From: the human T2T-CHM13v2.0 reference genome, Homo sapiens
Direction: 5' to 3' (one strand)
NCBI RefSeq assembly: GCF_009914755.1
Contig: NC_060934.1
DNA: 64,000 nucleotides
The notes beneath the pieces are model-generated. The model saw only the letters and a program-made list of their open reading frames with translations. It was not told the origin of the DNA and did not search any database. Positions 43,817 through 57,370 of this stretch are shown piece by piece. Each line of letters opens with the position of its first letter. Positions within the stretch are counted from its first letter, which is position 1. The position numbers and the translations under genes were made by a program.

Positions 43817-44865
43817 TCCACTATGTGTAGGGCACTGGGCTGGGCTCTGGGTAACACACACTGTCAGTTAAACCAACCTGCTCCCTACCCCTGTGGACTT
43901 ACAGTCTAGTAGGAGAAACAGACAACAAATAAATATGCACATAGGTATGAAATTGCAAAGTGTAATAAATATTGTGAAGCAAATGAAAAAGGCACAGTGC
44001 TGGAGAATAAATGAATGTAAGAATGAACTAACACACTCTAACACATGTTTAATTCACCAGAGTAACCACACAACAAAACTGCTCAAAGCCTTTTTTTTTC
44101 TTTTTTTTCTCCTTCTGTGAAAGGAATAGGGTCGAGGAGTGAAAAGAAGACAGGATTCAGTCAGAAGAGCTGAGTTCTGGTTCCTCCACATAATACCATG
44201 GCTGTAGAAGTGACACATATTCTAAGCCTCAATTTTTTGGCTGACTTTCCTCATTCATAAGGTTGTTGTGAAAAACAAAGCAAAACTAATCAATATGAGT
44301 AAACTGCTATGAAACACTGTCTATTATATGTTTTCTTGATAAACATTTATTGAGTGCTGTCTTTCAGTTGGTCTCCTGTGTTAGTAGCTTGTCATACAGA
44401 GCTTCAAGAAGTCAAGCTTCAGGCCATAGTCACAAAGAATTCAGCTCTGATTTGGAGAGATAAATAAGTACTTAGGGTGAGGTTGTGTACTAACAAACCC
44501 ACTGTAAAGTCAAAAAATTGTAAGCCAAACCGTCAAAAGTAAGAGACTGTATATGTAACTATGTGTGTGTGTGTTGTTGTTTTTAAGATGTGTTTTGGAC
44601 AAACGAAAGTAAAATCTCATTTAAAAGATTGATTTTAAAAGCTTCCTCAAAGTTTTGTCAGTGCATTATTAGAGATCCAGCCCAATATTTGTCATCATTT
44701 GTATCTATTATTGCAGACAATGAGAATAAATGTTTACAAGGTGATGCAGCTATGCTATGTGAATCACCAAAGATTAAATAATCATCAGTATACATTTGTG
44801 TGACATATTTTTGCTTGTATTTTATAGATGTAAAAACAAATAATTCATCTATAATAAAAATGATT

Positions 44866-45144
44866 GGCTGGGCGCAGTGGCTCACGCCTGTAATCCCAGC
44901 CCTTTGGGAGGCCGATGTGGGCGGATCATGCGGTCCGGAGACCGAGACCATCCTGGCTAACATGGTGAAACCCCGTCTCTACTAAAAATACAAAAAATTA
45001 GCCGGGCGTGGTGACAGGTGCCTGTAGTCCCAGCTACTCGGAAGGCTGAGGCAGGAGAATGGGTGAACCCCAGAGGCGGAGCTTGCAGTGACCTGAGATC
45101 GCGCCACTGCACTCCAGCCTGGGAGACAGAGCAAGACTCCATCA

Positions 45145-45186
<42 letters not shown>
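44866..45186 (+). mobile_element. AluY-like with A41 tail
   Basis: Y diagnostics; pure A run 45146-45186. Confidence 0.93.
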
Positions 45187-45189
<3 letters not shown>

Positions 45190-46790
45190 CACTTTCTAGA
45201 ATTCTAGCTTGTTTGCAACACACTATTCCATGATGACAATGTCAGATAAATTAGCTTTCTCTATTAAAAAAGAAAAGCACTTTCTGGTTTAAATTATGGA
45301 TTATGAAAAGTAAATGGTTTGTGGATAAACTGAAGATGCTTTTGCCAAAACTAGAATTTTTTAAAGAAGAAAATGATTTGGAAAGGTTGTTCCTACAGCT
45401 AGAATTTCTCAAGAGTTGAAGCAGAGCCTTTATATATTTAAATTAAAGTGAAAATAGAAAGTTTAAAATATCCCTCTTGCACCTTTAAAAATAAAGACTC
45501 CACTGTGTTCATTCAATCATTAGAGTCCTTTGGTTCACAAGTTCTACAAGTGATTTGTCTGAAGGGACTGAATTTTTGTAACTGAATTAATGACCTATTT
45601 TGATCAATTATCTCTATACCTAAAGAACCTCAGAAATTACCCACGTCAATATACTCTCTCAAGTGGCTTATTTTTCAAAACCTTTCTCACATTCCTACTT
45701 GTGTTTAGTTTGATCTTTAAATAGAATGTTATATAAAATGCTTCTTGAAAACTGTAGTGCTTGAAAAAAATTCATGGAATAATTAAAGCAATATTCTTAA
45801 ACAAAATAAAATAACATGAAGAAGTGAGTAAACTTCTTTAAAAATCATTTTGGCTTTTTTGTAGCAATTTCAAAAGTCTATGTTACTGGTGCTCTTATAG
45901 AAACAGTACTACTCCACTTATTTGGTACCTAATTGTTCCTGCTTCTGGATTGTTATTGTTCCCTAGTTCCTTCCTATTCCTCTATCACAACTTAACTCCT
46001 GTGCTCTGCAAGAGACTAAATCATATGACTTTTGATGTTTTCTCTGTTGATAGTTCCTGTTAGGAATAAGATGGGGACAGAAGCTGAAGCTACTTACAGA
46101 AAGGAAACAAATGGATTATTGGTTGAAAATTATTACCTATCAAGTTATAACCCCAATCACATCGATGACCATGACCATCATGCTCAATACTGCACCTGGT
46201 GTGGAGACTGGCATGGTGTTCAATAAATATTGGTTGGATAAAATGACTCCTATCAGTCCTGAGTCTTGCTAATATGCATGACAAAGGCAGATTGTATAAA
46301 CATGGCAAAATCACTGGAATATTAATCATAAGACCGAATTGGTCAACAATATAACACTGGACAAGATGCTTTGTTTATCAGGTCATGGCTTTTAAATTTT
46401 AAAATGAGTCTCTTGGACTGGAATACTACTTCAAAAATATTTTTATCTGTTTGTTTTTGTTTTAGTAAGGGGGCATTATATTAACAAGATATCTTACGTG
46501 GAATATCAGCATCTTTATACAACTATTAGAAGGAGAACACATTTGGTTTCAAACAAGATCAGAAACCCTCCTACTCTTTGTTGACTATCCTGCACTGCTT
46601 CCTCTCCTAGCATGAGTCTTCAGTGACCTTTTTTTGAACTCTCAAGCTCCAGAGAACACAGTTTGAAAGCCAATGGGCTTAGTTATTTTAAGATGCTTGT
46701 TTGAAAATTTTATGACCAACAAGAAAAGATGGCATAGTGAAGAAAAAACACACAGTTCTCAATGATAGTTGGAATCAGGCTCTACCCCTG

Positions 46791-47137
46791 AGCTATGGTT
46801 GGAATATGTTCCCAAAATTTATATATTGGAAACTTAATCTCCAATGCAGCAGTGTTAGGAGGTAATGGTTACCAGGAAGTGTTTACGTTATGAGGGCTGC
46901 ATCCTCATGAATGGATTAATACTGTTATTAAAAAGGCTTCACGAGTGGGTTCACTCTCTCTTGCCTTTTGTCTTCTGCCATATGAAGATGTAGCAAGAAG
47001 GTCCTCACCAGACCAATTGCTGGTATCTTCCTCTTGGACTTCCCAGTATCCAGAAATATGAGATAGTAAGTTTCTGTTCTTTATGAATTACTCAGTCTCA
47101 GATATTCTGCTATAGCAGCACAAAATGGACTAAAACA
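46791..47137 (+). mobile_element. MST(C/D)-like MaLR solo LTR
   Basis: gctatggttggaat..ttggaaacttaatctccaatgc..cctcatgaatggattaat..aatggactaaaaca. Confidence 0.85.
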
Positions 47138-47437
47138 CCCTACATTACTCCGTGACTTTGTAAGTCATTTCTTGTCTGTCAGATAGAACTACCCTGCCTA
47201 ATAGTGGTGTACTGATCAATGACTATATAACTTAGGAAGTAATTGTTCTGATTATTGCTAGAAAGCAAATTTCCTAAAACTTTTGTGGTTGAAATAGCAC
47301 CTCAAGATTGTGTGGGTCAGGATTTCCAAAGCGTTTCCTTAGAGGAATTTTCTGTTTGCTTGAAGGTATTCAGCTGGAAAATGGGCTGGTTAGGATGGTC
47401 CACGTGAGTTTCACTCACATGTCTGTATTCTTGGCAG

Positions 47438-48273
47438 TGAAACAGGAAATTTACCCTGACTGCTTCGCGGGCAGGAACTAGAGTGCCGGCACTGGAGCTA
47501 GCTAGCTGCTTCAGCAACAGCAGGGGCAAACTTCACTCACTGGAACCTACTGTGCTCAACCCCTCGCGGGAAGGAGCATGTGGGTGCAGGAGCCGGGGCA
47601 ACTGCTTCTGGGCACCAGCAGGAGCACAACTCCATGCGGGGCCTGCAGCAGCATCTAGTGGGGGGCACTCCCCCTTAAGCCCAAAAAGAAGTGTTACAGT
47701 CAGCAATCCTTTACCATTGCTGTCTGCAGACGGCTTATGTGTTAGCAGCTCAGTGTAGGGTCAGTGTGACACCTTTTGCATGCACCCTCTTGGCACCCAA
47801 GTTCTTGTCTAGCATTCAGGAGGAATTAGCTCACATAAGTGAGTTGAAGATGGTAAAGGTGGGGGATTTTATTGCTGGTGAAAGTGGCTCTCAGTGGGAA
47901 GGGGAGCTGAATAGGTGATGGAGCAGGAAGGTGATCTTCCCCTGGAGTCCAGTTGTCTAGGTTGGACTCCTCTCTGAAGCTACCCCGTCAAGCTGTCCCT
48001 CTGAAGTCAAATGCTTCTCTCCAACGTTCAAACATAGTCTCTGATGTCCAACTGTTTTTCCTCTTCTCTCTCTGCTGGCAGAGCCTAGGATTTTTATGGA
48101 CACACAATGAGGGGTGGGGTGAGCCATGGGTGGTTTTGGAAATGTCAACATTTGAGTGGGAAAACAGGGATGTATGTTCTTACCTTGGGCTGTGGTTCCA
48201 GGCTTGAGGGTAGGGCCCTCGCTGGGGACCCATCCTCTTCTGCCCAGAATTTCCCTGCCTCTTGTCCCTATCA
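47438..48273 (-). mobile_element. ERV1 solo LTR (LTR1/LTR28-family-like) nested in an older MLT1 LTR (~47300-48575)
   Basis: Reverse strand begins tgatagggacaagaggcagggaaattctgggcagaagagg..ccctcaagcctggaacc; TG..CA ends. The flanks join into MLT1-like sequence. Confidence 0.8.
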
Positions 48274-50346
48274 TTAGGGATGGATGGATGACTGGAAGCC
48301 TGGACTCAGTCGAGACTGGCAACAGGAGTGCCTACCCCAGTTCTTTCCAGCATGACAGACTCAGGCTGAAGTCTCCAAGAATAATTTTCCAGCAAATGGG
48401 GCAGAAGCTGTATGGCCCTTTATGCCCCAGCTCTGGAAATCACTTAGCATTCCTTCTGCCATACTCTACTGGCCTAAGATTTCACAAGCTTGACAAGGTT
48501 CAAGAGGGAGGAATGGAGACCACACCTCTCAATGGGAAGAATGTCACAGAATTTGCAGCCATGTTTTAAAACTATCAAAGTTATTATAATCTTTAGAATC
48601 TGCCTCTTACTGCGTAAGTCAAGAAAAATTGATAAGAGTAATAGAATTCTCTCCACTGTCATAGGAAGAGAATATTGCAAGGGTCCACACTTTCTTGCAA
48701 ATTTTATATTATGATTAAATGTACCATGCTGAACCAAATGCCAGGGGTCTCTTGAGTGCTATCCTTCAGGCAAGACTTTCACCTGTGCTATAGAATGTTT
48801 TTGGCAGAATTATTTGCCATCAGTATCCTTCAATATAAACAAGGCTTTTCTAGTAAGAAAGTGCTAACTCACTCAAGCATTGTTTGGATAATGGAAATAG
48901 GGCACGCACATTTGAAGAGCTGCTTTTGGGAATGACTCTTACAGTTCCTGGTATGTAGACTTTGTTATGCAACTAGAATCATTTGAATTTTTGTTCTTGC
49001 CTCCAGTTATACCAGAAACAAATAAGTTAAAATTCTAGAATGTTTGTTGTCTGGAGAAATATATTGAACACACTTTTGGACACAGCTTACTCTTTTAAAA
49101 AAATGTGCTATTATGTGGAAAGATAATTTAAAAGTGTTTAGGAGGCTAAGTTATATGTTGTCTTTGATACCGATAAAATGGACTTGGCTGGACTTTTCCT
49201 AAACAGATGAACGGTATCAAGGAGTCTCGTTCCACCACCGAAAGTCATTTTTTTTTTTACTTCTACTAATTCCACATATCTCCTGGAGAATTCTTCTCCT
49301 TGTGTGGAATATATAACTAAGAATTTTAAAAGATACATTAGGGAAAACAATATTGGGAATCAAATCAGAATACTTTGATGGAGAATTGCCATAGAATTTT
49401 TCGTAGAACTAAATATGAATTATTTTTCTTGTGTCTTGCACAAGACCACCTTATACCAAGTGGGTCTGCAGTCAATGACGATATAACCACCAAAATGTCT
49501 CTTTAGTCACCACAGCAGTCTCTAAAACTACCAGTACAGGTTAAGTCCTTTGTTTAAATTAAGGTAACTGGTCAATTAGAGTTCTTGCTACCCTTGGAGA
49601 GGTAACAATGAATAATTATCAGCAAGTGCTGCAGAGCTCAGTATTATTATCTGGGTAACTTGGCATCACTGAAGAGAAGGGAGGACAGTGTTCTGAGAGC
49701 TTGTAGCACAGGGAAGATAACCACAGCAAGGAGCACTGCTGGGATGACAGACCAGAGACACCACAACAGGGATCCTTGAACTCCAAGGGGTAGCAACAGG
49801 ATATTGCAAGCAAGAGACACAGAGAGAAAAGCTGGGATGGAGAGCAAGATGGAAGGGTACACCATGATAAATCCTGCTTGTATTGTTTTGTATAAGGTCC
49901 AGCCTATCTCTATATGTGTCCAGGTTAGGAAAATAAAAGAACCTAGTCAACACCTTGGTTACGATTCACTCAGCCTCTCTATTTTTCAGCCTTACTAGGC
50001 AAACTATAGACAGGATTGTAAAGATTTGATGAAATGGTATACCTAGCAGTATCTGCCAAAAAAGAAACACTTCATAAGAAGTTCTTCAGTTCCCAGAAAG
50101 AAACAGATGGCACATTGCAATGAATTAATTTAAGAGTGTTTTGAAAAGGGACTTTTTATAAAAAAGACATGGATAGAATATAGTGAAAACTCAAGCTCAG
50201 TACAGCTGGCCACAATGACTACCTGAGGCCCACAGACGGAAGAAAAGGGGCAGTTGTGAGAACCTGGAGACAGAGAATAGTGTGAAGCGAGCTGCCTGAC
50301 TGGAAGCCAGACAAAGCCAGTTTACAGCAACCCTGCAGTGGGGAGC

Positions 50347-50710
50347 TGATATGGTGTGGTTGTATCCCCATCCAGATCTCCTCTTGAGCTGTAGCTCCCA
50401 TAATTCCCACAGGTAGCTCCCAGTGGGAGGGACCCAGTAGGAGATAATTGAATCACGTGGTAGTTTCTCCCATACTGTTCTTGTAAGTCTCATGAGATCT
50501 AATGGTTTTATTAGGGGAAACCCCTTTTCCCTTTTGCTTGGTTCTCATTCTCTCTTGCTGCTGCCATGTAAGAAGTGCCTTTAGCCTTCTGCCATGATTG
50601 TGAGGCCTCCCCAGCCACGTGGAACTGTGAATCCGCTAAACCTCTTTTTCTTTATAAATTAGGCAGTCGCAGACATGTCTTTATCAGCAGCATGAAAATG
50701 GACTAATACA
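50347..50710 (+). mobile_element. THE1 solo LTR nested in an LTR33-like element (~50085-50915)
   Basis: tgatatggt..ggactaataca; TSD ggagc/agagc; flanks resemble the 37575-37970 LTR33 copy. Confidence 0.9.
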
Positions 50711-51066
50711 AGAGCTGGGGGAATAAACACTCCAACCTCTTCCTCCTCTCTCCTTTTAGCTCCCACTGGTTCTCTTCACTGACCACATCCAACTGGAGCT
50801 AAAGGGTAAGGAAGCCCACTCGTGGTATCCATATAGGTCAGCCTCCTAGGGGCACAAAATGGGGTGTGTGGAGAGTGGATTTGGAGGGGCAAGTGGAAAA
50901 GGAAGCTAACACAGTATCCATAATAGTAACAATAATTACTATTTTTATTTTTATTATTCCAGCACCTGGCACCAGAATACTGAATGCTTAGCATAATGTC
51001 TGGAGCCTGGATGTGCAATAATAATCTGTTGAACGAATGAACAAATTCCTGTCCACGATTGCATCT

Positions 51067-51614
51067 GTAATGCAAAATGTTCACCACTTGCAGAGTCCAA
51101 TTAACAAAAGCAAGAGCTAATACAAAGAAAGTGACTTTGTATTGCAAAGATAACTTATGGGAAGAAGTACAGGATTCCTGCCTTAAGGGTATTACTTTGC
51201 TTCTGGAGAGAATGTGGGTGCTTTTAAAGGGGGAGACCTGCACCGAGGTGGAAGTAAGCAGGTGCGGGGTCTGCATACTTACTTTGGTGACTTATCTACT
51301 GGGCAGTAATGTTAGCATCTTCATAGGCAGAAATAGGTTGTAAAGGTGGCTAAAAACTCTCATGGATATACTTTGGGTTATAAATTGACTGTTATTTGTC
51401 AAGGCAACCTTCTAGTGGGTGAGAGATCCGCTCTGGAGGTTCTAAGCACATAGATGAACTTGTCCTGTAGGAAGTGTCTGGTGAAGAGGAGGTAAAAGGC
51501 TATAATTGCATCTCTAAAGAGCTAAGTAGGAAGTGAAGAAAAGGAGGAAAGAGAAAATAAGGGAGAGAAAAATAATTAAACTATCTTGTAGAAAAATGAA
51601 GGTACTCAGTTAAA
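51067..51614 (-). mobile_element. ERV1 solo LTR (MER67-like)
   Basis: Reverse start ttaactgagtaccttcatttttctac resembles MER67-type LTR ends; TG.. at the left end. Confidence 0.55.
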
Positions 51615-51711
51615 TATCCATTAGACATTAAACCAGGTTGATATTAAAAGATGCCGAAGTATAAGTTGTTTAAAAAAACACAAGGGTTAGTTTCTACATA
51701 AAAGAAATCTG

Positions 51712-51971
51712 CCAGCTTGGTCAACATGGTGAAACCCTGTCTCTACAGAAAATACAAAGTTTAGCCAGGTGCACGCATATAGTCTCAACTACTTAGGAGG
51801 CTGAGTTGGGAGGATCTCCTAACCCAGGGGAGGTTGAGGCTGCAGTGAGCTGTGATTGTACCATTGCATTCCAGCATGGGTGACAGACTAAGACCCTGAA
51901 AAAAAAAAGAGAAAGAAAGAAAAATAAGAAAGAAAGAAAGAAACAAACAAACAAACAAACAAACAAACAAG
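51712..51971 (+). mobile_element. 5'-truncated AluJ-like
   Basis: Begins at ccagcttggtcaacatgg; TSD aaagaaatctg; (GAAA)/(CAAA) tail. Confidence 0.85.
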
Positions 51972-52140
51972 AAAGAAATCTGGAGGCAGACTTTCAGGAC
52001 TGAAAACTGATACAGAGCATCCATTAAGTCATAAGGGACCCTGGTCCCTGGTTCTTTCCTTCTTTCTATTTCTCTGGGGTGGCTTTCAACCTTGAGGTCT
52101 TACAGTCCTTGAAGATGCATCTTATGATCCAAGATGGTTG

Positions 52141-52718
52141 TGTAAACCAAAAGGTATCTGAGACAGGTCTCAATCAATTTAGAAAGTTTATTCTGCCAAG
52201 ATTAACGATTTGCCTGTGACACAGCCTCAGGAGGTCCTGACGACATGTGTCCGAGGTGGTCAGGGTACAGCTTGCTTTTATACATTCTAGGGAGACATAA
52301 GACATTGGTCAATATGTCTAAGATATACATTGGTTTCTGACAATTTGAGGTGGGGGCTTCCAGGTTATAAGTAGATACAAAACAAAAGGTTGTATTCTTT
52401 TGAGTCCTTGATCAGCCTTCCACTGAATGCACAATTTAGTCTGGCTCGGTGAATCCTCATTTTTACATAAACAAAAGGCAGAGGAAGCAATCAGATACAC
52501 ATTTGTCTCAGGTGAGCCTTGGAGAGATGACTTTGAGTTCTATCTGTCCTTTGTCCACAAGGAACTTCCTTGTGGGCAAATTGTGAGGGAGGTATGTAGC
52601 TTTTTGTCTTTGTAGCTATCTTATAAAATGGAAAGCAGGTTTGTCTGACATAGTTCCCAGCTTGACTTTTCCCTTGGCCTAGTGATTTTGGGGTCCCAAG
52701 ATTTATTTTCCTTTTACA
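52141..52718 (-). mobile_element. MER4A-like ERV1 solo LTR
   Basis: tgtaaaccaaaaggtatctgagacaggtctcaatcaatttagaaagtttatt..ggggtcccaagatttattttccttttaca; TSD gttg/gctg. Confidence 0.88.
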
Positions 52719-53973
52719 GCTGCCAGATCTCCAGATATTGTATCCACATTTCAAGAAATGAGACAAAGAAAAGGGGAAGGAGAGTTAGCTTTCTCTGAGT
52801 TGTTCTACTGGAAGTCCCATATGACATTAACTCATATCTTTTTGGCCAGAATTTAGCCACATGGACATAATTATCCACAAAGGAGATGGGGAAGTGGTTT
52901 CTGTGTACATTGTTACCTTGAATAAAATCTGTTATTGCTATGGAGGAAGGTCAGCATTCTCTCGAACAGGCAGTATGGACTTCAAAGACTAAATTTTGAG
53001 ACCTGAGAAAAGATAGTTATAGAGGAGCCACATAAGTTATCCCTTCTTACCTGTTTGCTAGACTGAGTCTGAACTAGCTGAATAAACTAGTGATCCAAGA
53101 CAATTATCTGGTTATTAGAAGAAAAAGAAACCATCACTGAGCTATTGGTGGTGGTATCGATGAGAATTTTATCTTCCATTTAAAATTTTCTTCTTACTAG
53201 TTGTGAGCCCACAAACTAAACCCATCATGATGTTGAATTAAATCCCAGCTTGTTCCCCCAAAATAGTTCTAAAAATGGTCCTGAAACATCATTAAAACTG
53301 GGACTGAATTAAATTTTTTGTCTTCAAATATTTTAAAAATAAAAATAAGAAAAAAATTTAGAAAAGTACAAAGGACAGTACATAAAACTCTCATGTTCCC
53401 ACCAATGATAATAGAAAATTAGCATCTTGAAAGTATTTGCTCATTTTAAAAATAAAAATTATAAAACAAAGTCCTTCCCCTCTGGGCCAAACCCAAGTAT
53501 GTAAAAAAAGTGGAGGGGAATGCTAAGGGCAGGGGCTTTGCCTAGTTTTACATTTGGATCTCTGGTTGGAGATAGCATTGCAAGTTTTCCGCATACCGTA
53601 GAAACCTGGGGACTGGCCACATCAGTGTGAACTTGGAGATTCTCTCCAACGTAGATACAAGGAGGACTCTGGTTTAGCTTTCCAGCGTTCTTCTAATTCT
53701 TATGTGCCAGGGCTTGGGCCAGGGGTTCCTATAACTGGGGGAAAGGAGAGTGGGGGTGGGTGGGCTTGAGTCACATCAGGAGATTGTTTAGTGGCAGTCA
53801 GCAGGCCTGGGCAGGATGATTGTATAGCAGAAGGTACGGGATGGGACTTAAAGCAGAGCCAGAGGGAGGATATAGAAGAGACCCAGGAGGTCTTGAGCAT
53901 CAACAGGTGCTAAGATAAAGCCATGTCAGCCTGGTAGGACCACTTGGCCTGACTCCATTAAGAAAGGCCAGAC

Positions 53974-54227
53974 AGCCAGGTGTGGTGGCTCATGTCTGTA
54001 AGCCCACCAATTAGGGAGGCCAAGGTAGAAGAACTGCCCAAGGTCAGAAGTTTGAGACCAGCCTGGGACACATAGTGAGACCCCATATCTAAAACAAGTA
54101 ACAACTAGCCAGGTGTAGTGGTATACTCTTGTAGACCCAGCTACTTGGGAGGCTGAGGCAGGAGGATCTCTTGAGCTATGATCTTGCCTTTGTACTTCAG
54201 CCTGAGTGACAGAGAGAAACCTTGTAT

Positions 54228-54259
<32 letters not shown>
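53974..54259 (+). mobile_element. AluJ-like with right-arm internal deletion, A31 tail
   Basis: ggatctcttgagctatgatc joins two tgagc motifs; TSD gccagac. Confidence 0.85.
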
Positions 54260-54260
<1 letters not shown>

Positions 54261-54460
54261 CCAGACAGTAAACTACGTATATCAGTTGCTAGCTTCAGCT
54301 ACGGATGCTAGCAGGGAAAGCATGAAGCATGACCAGGTAGAGAAGAGAGGTCACCAGCAGGGATCAGAGTTCCCTTCACTCTACCATCATGAGATAACTT
54401 AATTTATTTCTAATCAGATGCTATATAGGGGGACTTAGGGTAAGTTTGAGGGACTGATGA

Positions 54461-54831
<371 letters not shown>

Positions 54832-55344
54832 ATGCTTCATTTTTATAGTAATATATTCATGTGGTCCATAAATTGGAACAAAACAAAGACTTACAGGAAG
54901 AGTCTTTCTTCCCATCCACCTCATTACTAGTCCCCTAGTGCCATGCCTCCCAAAGGATGCCATTTTAATTGGCTTCTTGTGTATCTTTCCAGAGTTTCTT
55001 TATGCTATTACTAAAAAATGTGAGCATGTAATCTTATTCTTATTTTTTTCTTTTCTTAAGTAAATGGTAACATAAGTATTTTTGACCTTTTAAATATATT
55101 TCTATTTAAAATATATCACTGGGATTTCCATATCAGTATATAGTGTACTCATTATTTTGCTTGTTGATTTTCGGAAAGTAATTTCATTGTAAGGCTGCTT
55201 CATAATTTATTTAATTCTTTCCTTATCAACAGACAGAGATTAAGTTTTGCTGTTACAAATAATACTGTGATGAATAGCCTTACAAATATGTTATTTTCTG
55301 CACATGCAAGTATATATTTAACAATAACCTAGGGGGTTGAACTT

Positions 55345-55670
<326 letters not shown>

Positions 55671-56709
55671 TAAATGTGTGAACTGAATGGAGACGTTTAT
55701 GCCACAGAAGATTGGAACATTGCCAAGTCTAATTGTCCCAGGGAGCCAGTGGGAAGTGTCTTTTAGGTGATCAGATCAGTTAGTGGAGAAATAAAGAAGC
55801 CACCTAATCTTGGTACACTGAAAAATGCTATTGGCAATTATGTGACACTGTTTTATAACCATGCATATGTGTAAGCACACACTGAAAATATAAAATTGGG
55901 CTTGCAATCTACACAGTCTTTCATAACAGTTGCAATATGGAGACTCACTGAAGGCAGTCCATTCAAAGGGCTTACTGAAAGGATTTACAAGAAATGACAA
56001 GGACATGTCTTGGAAATCCAAGAACAGATCCCAGGTTAGGATAAGTCCCTTGGGGGAGCTGGGCTAGAGTGTGAGTCTGAAACTGAAGCAGCTCTCAACA
56101 CCTCAGCAACAGGAGCTCCAAGTCCTCCCTGCGGACAACAAGGCTGGCTAGCCTCTATCTACTTCTTGCCCTGTTTCCTACAAGCTTTCTCTACTTATTC
56201 TTAATTTCTGCTCCCCCATACTTTCAGTTTACTACTTACAGTGGCTCCTCAAGCTTCAACTCTACCTTGTGACTTTATAACTGAGCCCTTACCCTTACTG
56301 TCTGATACATTCTGAGTTTTTAGTCTACATTTCAAACTTTGCCCTTTTCATTTTTCCATCATGTCCACATAGATAAGAGCTTTCTGGCAAGTCTACTGAT
56401 TGGTTGCTTTTGGATCTGTTACTCACACCTGAGCCAATCAGCGATAGAGGAGGGAGGAGGGAGAAGCCAAGCGGTGAAATAAGGGCCCTGCTTCCAGAGT
56501 GGTGGGTAGGGCTGTTTCTCTGGAAATGTGGTGTAGTCAGGGCAGAAATATTAACATTTCCAACATACAGAATCATGGCAATAATTTTCCATGCCATTTA
56601 ATATCCACACATGATTATAAAAAACTGCATAGTCATCTATCATATTTTATAGTTTATATTATGAATTCCTATTGCTACTTAAATTATCCTCCAAATTATT
56701 TTGATAATT

Positions 56710-57044
56710 TTCTGCATCTGTGGATTTGGATCAAAAATATTTGGAAAACCCAATAAACAATGACAATACAAAAATAAAAATAATACTATGTTTACATTTA
56801 ACAATAATGAAAATAATATAAATTGTATAATATAAAGTTTTAACAACTATTTACATAGCATTTACATTGTATTAGGTGTTATAAGTAACCTAGATACGAT
56901 TTAAAGTATACAGGAGGATGTTCATAGGTTATATGCAAACACTACACCATTTTATATCAAGGACTTAAGCATCCACAGATTTTAGTATCTGGGGATGAGG
57001 GGAGGATCAGAATCAATCTCCCAAGAATGCCGAGGGATGACAGT
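56710..57044. mobile_element. MER2-like Tigger relic
   Basis: caactatttacatagcatttacattgtattagg..ataggttatatgcaaacactacaccattttatatcaaggactt..ccgagggatgac. Confidence 0.85.
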
Positions 57045-57097
57045 ACCAATAACACTCCAACGAAAATCAAAGAAAAATATGTTTTAAGAGCTAAAGA

Positions 57098-57370
57098 CAG
57101 GGCCAGCTTTGTGGGTGTGGACATATGCGGTCATACAGGGCAATTGTATTCAGAAAGGAAGGCCCCGTGTGTGGTTTAACATTCTGCTATAGCCGTCTTG
57201 AAATTCATTGTATCAGGTTAGGGCAAAAGTAATTGCAGTTTTGCCTTTTTTTTTTTTAAGTGATGGCAAAAACCTCAATTACTTTTGCACTAACCTAATA
57301 ATTTTTGAACAAGGAGCCTCACACTTTTATTTTGTACATTTTATTTTATACCTTATTTTGTACAGAACCT
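57098..57370 (+). mobile_element. MER45A-like hAT-Tip100 interrupted by MADE1
   Basis: cagggccagcttt..ggccccgtgtgtggtttaa..gccgtcttgaaattc [MADE1] atttttgaacaagg. Confidence 0.75.
57213..57298. mobile_element. MADE1 (Hsmar1-derived MITE)
   Basis: Inverted repeats aggttagggcaaaagtaattgcagttttgcc / ggcaaaaacctcaattacttttgcactaacct with TA flanks. Confidence 0.9.
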
